Positions 57,098 through 64,000 of a DNA stretch of 64,000 nt are shown here, one piece after another (within the stretch, counting starts at the first letter, position 1; every line of letters begins with the position of its first letter). The stretch is taken from IMG/VR virus record IMGVR_UViG_3300045988_076381. One strand, 5' to 3'. A model generated the notes under the pieces. It did not search any database and was not told the origin of the DNA. It was given only the letters and a program-made list of their open reading frames with translations. Made by a program: the position numbers and the translations under genes. This stretch comes from a virus.

Positions 57098-58372
57098 AAG
57101 TAAAATTTTTTTATTGTATTTTATTTGTTTTATTTCATTAAATGTATTTAATTTGTATATTATTAAATTATACAATAAAAATACATTTATGAATAATCTA
57201 AATCAAGCTATTAGTGATTACGAACATTTATTTATAGGAATTTGTGAATTAAGTAAAAAATATAAAATTCCTAATAAAGAAATTAGAAAAGCGTTAGAAG
57301 ATAAAGGATATTATTTAGGAAAAGGAGTATCTCCAAAAAGTGTTGTGCATATTAAACTTGCAGTAGAGGAATATAAAAATATTCTTAATGCTGGTGAAGA
57401 ACCTAATATTCATCAACTGGCATTAAAGTATGATATTTCCGATACGTCTATAAAAGACAATTTAATTAGATTAAATCTTCCTGTTGTAAGATACCCTAAA
57501 AAAATCCATTTTGATGAACATGTCTTTGATGTTATAGATACTGAAGAAAAAGCATATTGGCTAGGATTTTTAACTGCTGATGGGTATATTTATAGTAGAG
57601 ATAATACATTTGGAATTAGTCTAGCTAGTATAGATAAGCATCATGTAGAAAAATATGCCACATTTCTTAAATGTCCTCAACATGTTAAATTTAAGAATAA
57701 CGAATATGCTGGAATATATAGATGTGATTTAGGAAACGCTCATGTAAAGCAAGTATTACAAAAATATGGATTTACTGCTTCTAAATCTTTTGACTGTACC
57801 TTTTTAAAAGACCAGTTTTTTGCAAATTCCGATTTAATAAGACATTATATTAGAGGATATTTTGATGGAGATGGCTGTGTCAGTTATAAAAAAAAGTATA
57901 GAAAAACAATTAATGCCACTATTTATATTCCGATAGTTTCTATAGTTGGAACAGAAGCTTTTTTACAAGAATTAAGAAATAAATCAAATTTAATTTGTCT
58001 TTTTCAGTCACAACAAAATCTATGGAATTTATATGGATCTGGAAAAAAGGCAAAAGATTTTCTTTATTACATTTATAATAACGCTACTATTTATTTAGAT
58101 AGAAAATACAATATTTATAGAAATTATATTGCCCCACACTTAGAGAAATCAAGTGTTCCGCAGTGGCCAATATCGGTGGATACTGAAATGTAAATACCGA
58201 GATAAATTCAGAGATTACGAAAGGCTCTGAATCATCGTAACGCGTAGAAGGTGAATAAATATAATCCTTCCAAGAGTGGCTGCCACCTTAAAGGGTGAAA
58301 ATGTACGCTGAACTATATCGAATAACAAGATATAGAAATAAAGGATAAAAAGCCTTTATGATAACAAAATTG
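57098..58372 (+). mobile_element. group-I-like intron carrying a LAGLIDADG endonuclease ORF
   Basis: It starts after ...acaggT and ends ...gataacaaaattG. It has the core blocks gtaacgcgtag (58237-), ccaagagtg (58270-), gtacgctgaac and gataaaaagcc. Confidence 0.75.
57189..58193 (+). CDS. intron-encoded double-motif LAGLIDADG homing endonuclease
   Basis: KAYWLGFLTADGYIY and YIRGYFDGDGCV. It is clearly a paralog of 49538..50761. The ATG at 57189 is preferred over 57114. Confidence 0.8.
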   Translation: MNNLNQAISDYEHLFIGICELSKKYKIPNKEIRKALEDKGYYLGKGVSPKSVVHIKLAVEEYKNILNAGEEPNIHQLALKYDISDTSIKDNLIRLNLPVVRYPKKIHFDEHVFDVIDTEEKAYWLGFLTADGYIYSRDNTFGISLASIDKHHVEKYATFLKCPQHVKFKNNEYAGIYRCDLGNAHVKQVLQKYGFTASKSFDCTFLKDQFFANSDLIRHYIRGYFDGDGCVSYKKKYRKTINATIYIPIVSIVGTEAFLQELRNKSNLICLFQSQQNLWNLYGSGKKAKDFLYYIYNNATIYLDRKYNIYRNYIAPHLEKSSVPQWPISVDTEM

Positions 58373-58684
58373 AAACCATGGTATTTATTCCCAGGATCTA
58401 TAGTAAAAGAAACAGGAGAATTTGTTGAAGGTTCCTTTCAACATTATCATTACTATCGCCAATTATCTATGTATTTCTGGATGCTCAAGCAATATCTAAC
58501 TTCGGAAGGATATAAATTAAACAAATCTTATTTAAATATAATCTCTGTACAAACTATTCCTAATTATTCTACAGTAGTATTTAGAATCCCAAATAAATGG
58601 TTTGTTAAAGGATTGAAGGAATTTAAAACCTTACTATCATACGCTGCTTATGCTGAATATAATAAAGAAAAAATATTATCATGA
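58373..58684 (+). CDS. PD-(D/E)XK nuclease (second paralog), exon 2
   Basis: KPWYLFPGS...HYYRQLSMYFWMLKQ (QxxxY), in frame with exon 1. Confidence 0.65.
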   Translation, partial: KPWYLFPGSIVKETGEFVEGSFQHYHYYRQLSMYFWMLKQYLTSEGYKLNKSYLNIISVQTIPNYSTVVFRIPNKWFVKGLKEFKTLLSYAAYAEYNKEKILS

Positions 58685-59088
58685 TCCCATATAGAGATGA
58701 TGTTTTAATATCAGAACAAATAGTGCAAGATTTAGTTAATCAGTTTAATAACTTAACTCAAGAAGAAAAAGAAAGATTTTTTAAAAAGGTTTTATGTATT
58801 GGTTCTCTAGCTGTAGACTCTTTAGATGCTGTTACAGCTTTAATATCTATACTTATTGCTGTATATAGAAAATATGCTGAGAAGCATCCGGATGTTTCTA
58901 TAGAGAAGTTTACTAAAGCATTTTTAAAGGATACTATATCTGCCTATGATGATTCATGGATGGAGAATTTTTTACCTTTATGTAAAGCTATCACAGATTG
59001 TAAAAAAGTAAATCTATGTGGAGCAAAGAATCTTGAGGAATGTAAATCTAAGATAAATAATGTATTAGATAAATTACTTCCATTTTAA
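58681..59088 (+). CDS. hypothetical protein
   Basis: 135 aa with an ATGA overlap. Confidence 0.6.
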   Translation: MIPYRDDVLISEQIVQDLVNQFNNLTQEEKERFFKKVLCIGSLAVDSLDAVTALISILIAVYRKYAEKHPDVSIEKFTKAFLKDTISAYDDSWMENFLPLCKAITDCKKVNLCGAKNLEECKSKINNVLDKLLPF

Positions 59089-59185
59089 TATAGGAGTATC
59101 ACTACTTTAGATAAAAACAATACCTCACTAGAAATTATTAATAAATTTTTAGTGATTACTATTTTGATAACATTAAAAATCCCCT

Positions 59186-59193
59186 TATCTTTG
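59186..59193 (+). promoter_or_regulatory. -7 box TAtcTTTG
   Basis: It lies 66 nt upstream of the 59259 start, in a 170-nt intergenic gap. Confidence 0.45.
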
Positions 59194-59258
59194 TACTATC
59201 AAATTGAGGGAAAATATAACAACTTAAATATTTATTAACCTATAAAAATTTTAGAATT

Positions 59259-59837
59259 ATGGCAAAATTGTTTATGACCAATGTAAAAGGATTTAGTAAA
59301 GAAGAAGCAATGTGTGAACTTCCGTTAGAAATTAATCAAAATGCAACTGCGAAATGGCGTGCTGCTGGAGAACCTACTTTTGGTTCAGATGATTTCCGAG
59401 CATTCGCTGAGAACTTCATCAGCAACAAACATATGATTACTGGAGCTGGTGCTTATATTCAGAAAACTTCTCCTGTAGCTGATACTCGTACGAAACCTTA
59501 TAAAATTGTAAACTTCAAGAAAGAAGGTAAGACTAAATGGGAAACCGTATATAATGTTTGTGAAGCAGAATTTAACTTAGATAAAGAAGGTAAATTTAAA
59601 TCAATTGAATCAATTGGTATGCCTGTAGATCAATCTGCTGTTAATAAGGCTGATGCCGAACGTAAAATGCGTGAATTGATTGCTCAAAATAAACGTAATT
59701 ATGTAGTAAGAAAGACTAAAGAAGTTGTTGAGGATGAAGCTTCTAAGAACGGAGAAATCTTGTGTGCAGGTGTTTATACTCCGTCAATTACTACTAAACA
59801 AGGAGAATTTTATGTATTTGGATTAGTTAAAGAATAA
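59259..59837 (+). CDS. hypothetical protein, stand-alone transcription unit
   Basis: 192 aa with its own promoter motif and a strong terminator. Its codon usage is less AT-biased than the neighbours. Confidence 0.65.
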   Translation: MAKLFMTNVKGFSKEEAMCELPLEINQNATAKWRAAGEPTFGSDDFRAFAENFISNKHMITGAGAYIQKTSPVADTRTKPYKIVNFKKEGKTKWETVYNVCEAEFNLDKEGKFKSIESIGMPVDQSAVNKADAERKMRELIAQNKRNYVVRKTKEVVEDEASKNGEILCAGVYTPSITTKQGEFYVFGLVKE

Positions 59838-59881
59838 TCTTAAATATAATAAAATATTTATATAAATATATAATCAATCAG

Positions 59882-59911
59882 AAGGGTGTAATATTAATTT
59901 ATTACACCCTT
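59882..59911 (+). terminator. stem-loop terminator
   Basis: aagggtgtaat-attaattt-attacaccctt followed by tattttt. Confidence 0.75.
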
Positions 59912-59973
59912 TATTTTTAAAAACATAACAGTAATAATTTTAACAGTGTTGCTACTTAAAGCCGTGATTAAAT

Positions 59974-61131
59974 ATGAAACTAGAATTATCTAAATCGATC
60001 TTAGAATCCATCTCAAGTAGAGTAAATAACGATATTTTTACATTTGATGATGTAGAAAGTGAATATAAATTCGATAATATTCAAGAAAAGTTATATAATA
60101 GATTATATAAAAACTATCAGGATTTAACTCCACCACAATTTGATTTAGATACATTTAGATTCACATATAAAATACTTTGTCAAAACTCTGGAGTGAAGAA
60201 GACTCCTCAGAAACAATTAAATAAAGTTAAGGATAGAAAAATTGTATATGATGCTACTACTGATGAATCTTTCGAAAGTAGAATTGTTGGTTCATCTGTA
60301 AGAGATGAAGAAGGTAAAGTAATACATTATGAATTTAGAATCCTTATTAGAGATAAAGAATCTTTTGAAGGTACTCTCACATTATCTGAAATGCAGGATA
60401 TTTATGTTGGATATTCTAATAGAGGATATAATTTATCAGCTAGGAAATTGTCTGAGAAATTCCCACAATATGATTTGATTCAATTAAAGAAGATTTTAAG
60501 AGCATTTCAGATTACTAAAGATTGTTACCCTTTTGCTCCACATATTGCAGAAAGTAAGAGTAAAGAGGAATTAGAAAGGATGTTATTAGATTTAAAATTA
60601 CATTCTGCTTCTAAGAACGCTGATAGAGATGAGATACAAGATAAGAATAAATATATCTTAGAATTAACTAAGGAACTTAACAAGTATAGGGATAAAGAAA
60701 CATTCGTTAAGGATTTACTTAGAATTCCTGTTAAATATAATACTCCTATAACGCCTTTATATTCCGATGCTAATGAATATACTAATACGTTAGTTATATT
60801 CTTATCTGATATGCATATTGGAGCTTATAATCCTAAATATGGATTTATACAATTGGAAGATTATAATAAAGAAGAAATTAGTAGGAGATTAGATAAAGTA
60901 TATAATTTTATTATTAATAAATTATTTGATAATTTAATTATCTGTAATTTAGGAGATAGTGTAGATTCTTATAAAGGTGAAACTGTTAGAGGTCATGAAT
61001 TACCTACTACTATTACTCCAAAAGAACAATCTAAGATGTATTTAGATGTTATGTTAGAGTTCTTTAATAAATTACTTGATTATGTAGAAAATTCTCATAT
61101 TAAATATATTTGTATTGGAGATTCAAATCAT
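59974..61131 (+). CDS. calcineurin-like metallophosphoesterase (Mre11/SbcD-like?), exon 1
   Basis: LVIFLSDMHIG (motif I), ICNLGDSVD (motif II), ICIGDSNH (first part of the GNHD motif). Confidence 0.65.
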
Positions 61132-61433
61132 TGATTGTATTTAAATACAATTTGTGCTAATAATAAGAAATTATTATTCGAAACTAGGTTAACTGCTGGG
61201 ACGCCTGAGATGGTAATCAGCAACCAAGCTACAGATTTAAATTCTGTAGAAGGCTCATCGACTATTCCTGAAATGGAAGTAGAATCAAGCGATTCGAAAT
61301 GCCTAGCCCTTAGCATTATATCTAACACAGATATAGATGAAGGTGAAGATATAGTCAGTTCTCATATTAATAAGGAAGTATGAGGAGGTTTTATTAACCC
61401 GTATAAGAGTAGCGAACTTATATGAACACGAAG
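61132..61433 (+). mobile_element. ORF-less intron (type unresolved) after GDSNH
   Basis: 302 nt, higher G+C, starting after ...aatcaT and ending ...cacgaaG. Removing it restores GDSNH-DGDWG (GNHD). Confidence 0.6.
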
Positions 61434-61571
61434 GACGGTGACTGGGGATGGCTAAATAATATTGTTCTTGCCTCTAAATTAGAGCAATTAAATATAGAAT
61501 CTTATATTTCCGATCTTCCAATTGATAAATTTGATGTTGGAAATAATTCTATACTATTCATGCATGGTGAT
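61434..61571 (+). CDS. metallophosphoesterase, exon 2 (46 codons)
   Basis: DGDWGWLNNIVLASKLEQLNIESYISDLPIDKFDVGNNSILFMHGD. It has no start codon of its own and is in frame with both neighbouring exons. Confidence 0.6.
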
Positions 61572-62141
61572 ATATTTTTCATATTTTTAATATAATTATT
61601 TGGGTTCCATAGAAATAATTTATATTTGTTAAATAATAATATATTTAATAAATAAAGATCATTCTAAAATGCTCCTTTCCTTATTAGGAACAGAAGATTT
61701 TTAAATTCTATACAAGATGTATTTTCTACTAAGTACACTTTGGAATATAATCATAATGATAAGAATTCTAAAACTAGAGTACTAGAAATAGCTTGTAGAC
61801 CAGGGCTTAACATTTTACATAAATTATATTCACACTCAAAAATATATTTAAAAAGAAAATATGAAAGATATTTAGAATATTGCCGTCTATATGAGGAATC
61901 ATATAGAGAATTAGAAACCAATAACGGGGAAGGCTGTGATGTCAATCCCGTGATAAGTACAGAAAGTAAAGAGTCTGTGCCATCGTAACGCGTAGAACTT
62001 GAACCTCGAAAGAGAATAAAATAGTTCCAAGAGTGGTTTCTACCCCAACACTTTTATAAGTAGTGGGTAAAAAGGTACGCTGGACTATAGCAAAAAGAAG
62101 CTATAGAAGTTAGGATAAAAAGCCTAACGATAACAAAATCG
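61572..62141 (+). mobile_element. group-I-like intron (shared scaffold) with a decayed LAGLIDADG ORF
   Basis: It ends ...gataacaaaatcG. It has the core blocks gtaacgcgtag (61985-), ccaagagtg (62028-), gtacgctggac and gataaaaagcc. It follows the HGD motif. Confidence 0.7.
61740..61988 (+). pseudogene. C-terminal remnant of a LAGLIDADG endonuclease gene
   Basis: LHKLYSHSKIYLKRKYERYLEY parallels IYKDATIFLDRKYLRYKYF and IYNNATIYLDRKYNIYRNY of the intact copies. Both LAGLIDADG motifs are missing. The stop is again in tcgTAAcgcgtag. Confidence 0.6.
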
Positions 62142-62438
62142 AAAGATAGCGATTCCCAGTTTAAAGGAATGCCTCTTACATTGAATGATAGAACAATAAA
62201 TTGGGTAAATGATTATATTTATGATTCTGGATTAAAATTTAAAGACAATCTCTATGTAGTAAAAGGAGATTTACATCAATATGCTATAACAGAATCCAGA
62301 AGGTTTCAATATATTTCTGTTCCAAGTTTATATGGATCTTCTAATTATATAGCTGCTAATTTTGGGAAGACTAAATGGGGAGTAGGTTTTATGGAAGTAT
62401 TTAATGACCATGTAACAACTGGAGTAATTAAGGAGTAA
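62142..62438 (+). CDS. metallophosphoesterase, exon 3
   Basis: KDSDSQFKGMPLTLND...VVKGDLHQYA (GxxH-like)...VPSLYGSS. The frame is open from 62142, 9 codons before the listed ATG. Confidence 0.6.
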   Translation, partial: KDSDSQFKGMPLTLNDRTINWVNDYIYDSGLKFKDNLYVVKGDLHQYAITESRRFQYISVPSLYGSSNYIAANFGKTKWGVGFMEVFNDHVTTGVIKE

Positions 62439-62959
62439 TGAAAGGATTTCTTGCAACATTCAGTACAAGAGAATATATTAATATAGATAATATTCAGAAA
62501 ATAGATACTTATTGTTATAATAATTATAATCTTACTTCAATATTATCATTTAGAAAATGTAAAGTTAATGAAGATATTGTTTTAGATTGTGGTGTAGATG
62601 GATTTTATATAGAATGCTCTCCAGAATTACGTAAGTTATTTTTAGATACTAAAATGTCTCTTAAAGAATTTTTAGATATCCTTAAATTAGCAACGACTCT
62701 AGACGATTATGAGTTATTTATTTGTTGTTTATATTATTTTAATAATCCTAGAAGGATAGTAGATCTTGAAGATGGATTAAAATATTTTTTACAGGAGTGT
62801 AATTCTAATTCTGATTATATAGATATCTATAAAGATATATATGGAACTTATATAGAAAGTATTCCTCTATATCCATTCTATATAAATTTTAAAGATTTTA
62901 TTGAAAATAATTACTTAGCTATTAACTTTAATAATACGGAATATATATTCGAAAAATAA
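62438..62959 (+). CDS. hypothetical protein (tandem family, member 1)
   Basis: SLKEFLDILKLATTLDDYELFICCLYYF. Confidence 0.55.
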   Translation: MKGFLATFSTREYINIDNIQKIDTYCYNNYNLTSILSFRKCKVNEDIVLDCGVDGFYIECSPELRKLFLDTKMSLKEFLDILKLATTLDDYELFICCLYYFNNPRRIVDLEDGLKYFLQECNSNSDYIDIYKDIYGTYIESIPLYPFYINFKDFIENNYLAINFNNTEYIFEK

Positions 62960-62973
62960 ATACAATAAACACA

Positions 62974-63519
62974 ATGAATGCATTTATATTTTTATCAGAG
63001 GATTCTTCTAAAACTCCTATATTATATTTAGATAATCCTCAGGAAGTTCGTGAATTTTGTAAGAAAAATGATATCGATTTAAATAGTTATACTGATGCAA
63101 ATTGGGATCTTACTTATGCTATTGAGGATTCTGATTATTCTGTATGTATATCTGATATAACTTCTAAGGAATTTAGAAACTTTTTAAAAGATTACTGCAT
63201 GAATCTTTGGGATGTAGTAGATTTTATTACATTATCTAAAAAACTTAATGAATTTGATTTATATATCAGTATTTTATATTATAGTGAGGATTTTATAGAA
63301 AATATACTTGAAGAATACCCAAAAGCTCTTAAACGATTTATAGGAGCTCTAGAGCTAAATCATAGTACAGAGAGTATTAAAGCTTTAGTAGACCTAGTTT
63401 TTAAAGAGAACATAAATACAGATTGTATAAATTATATAAATGTAGATGATATATTAAATGATTTGGATATAGTAGAAACTGAAAATTTAAGTTATTTATT
63501 TAATCCAAATATACAGTAA
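62974..63519 (+). CDS. hypothetical protein (tandem family, member 2)
   Basis: SKEFRNFLKDYCMNLWDVVDFITLSKKLNEFDLYISILYY. Confidence 0.55.
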   Translation: MNAFIFLSEDSSKTPILYLDNPQEVREFCKKNDIDLNSYTDANWDLTYAIEDSDYSVCISDITSKEFRNFLKDYCMNLWDVVDFITLSKKLNEFDLYISILYYSEDFIENILEEYPKALKRFIGALELNHSTESIKALVDLVFKENINTDCINYINVDDILNDLDIVETENLSYLFNPNIQ

Positions 63520-63556
63520 TTAAATAATAATAAAGGGATTTATATATAATAGAAAT

Positions 63557-64000
63557 GAGGGAATTGAACATCCTCTAATTTATCTCAATGATGATAACTT
63601 TTTTGAGTTTTGCAATAATAATCATATAGATACATCTTTTAAATTTGAAGAGTGTAAAGATACTTACAAAGGGATAATTTATAATATTCCAAATACACAG
63701 TTTTCTGTATGTTTGAATATCGCAGAAAAAGACCTAAAATACTTAATAATGGATGATTTAACTCCACTTGGTGTTGATATTAAGGAATTAAGAAATATTG
63801 TTATTTTTTACAATGATTGTTGGGGAGAAGATGTAGCTGCATTTATTCTATATCGTGTCCTTGGATGTATAACAAGCCTAGATACAGAAGATTTAGATTA
63901 TTGTCTAGAACAATATGTAGGAAAAGTATGTGATGAGGATTATTTTACATTGTTCACAAAGCAACTTAATATAGTTATCGATCCTCTATTAGAGGACTAT
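63557..64000 (+). CDS. hypothetical protein (tandem family, member 3; partial, start unresolved)
   Basis: The frame is open to the window end: EGIEHPLIYLNDDNFFEFCNNNHID...IKELRNIVIFYNDCWGEDVAAFILY. The only nearby ATG (63555) is one nt out of frame. Confidence 0.45.

Noticed and set aside
61135-61383. An 82-aa ORF inside the first phosphoesterase intron, considered as a possible intron-encoded endonuclease.
   Set aside because: It has no LAGLIDADG, GIY-YIG, HNH or His-Cys motif and no promoter motif. It spans the GC-richer, probably structured part of the insert, so it is more likely a chance frame in ribozyme sequence.
4193-61945. Antisense or shadow ORFs from the track: 4193-4375(+), 12003-12218(-), 14063-14419(-), 16509-16796(-), 21522-21782(-), 27401-27610(-), 28260-28475(-), 30496-30828(-), 32366-32548(-), 35268-35453(+, alternate frame of the repeat), 36247-36432(-), 36774-36965(-), 43799-44053(-), 49867-50142(-), 52730-53083(-), 53458-53727(-), 61128-61328(-), 61751-61945(-).
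   Set aside because: Each lies wholly inside, or opposite, a longer ORF with recognisable motifs or consistent operon packing. Their sequences are low-complexity and hydrophobic, typical of antisense AT-rich coding DNA. 28260-28475 also overlaps ferritin exon 2.

Overview
This is a very AT-rich, densely packed phage-like window. By eye G+C is well under 30%; I did not compute it. Positions 1-11.8 kb carry mostly minus-strand genes, including an interrupted terminase-large-subunit-like gene. Positions 12-64 kb form one long plus-strand early/replication region. It holds a tRNA cluster, RNase H, an NMNAT-like enzyme, ferritin, family B DNA polymerase, a DnaB-like helicase, an AAA ATPase, a primase, two PD-(D/E)XK nucleases, phosphoesterases and many small unknown ORFs in tandem paralog sets. 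TAnnTTTG (-7 box) motifs upstream of many genes suggest a Bacteroidota host, possibly a crAss-like phage; that is inference only. The outstanding feature is the load of self-splicing and selfish elements. I infer seven intron-like interruptions, five of them sharing one group-I-like ribozyme scaffold. I also infer a class-3-type intein with a LAGLIDADG domain. A radical-SAM-like gene appears fractured: its two split-intein halves are separated by a free-standing HNH endonuclease gene. All insertions sit in catalytic motifs (Walker A, D-x-K, GNHD/HGD, Fe-S Cys motif, ferritin EQxEEE). Splice junctions were deduced by hand from reading frames, motif restoration and shared intron sequence blocks, and need experimental or covariance-model confirmation. 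Most ORFs have no function I can name.
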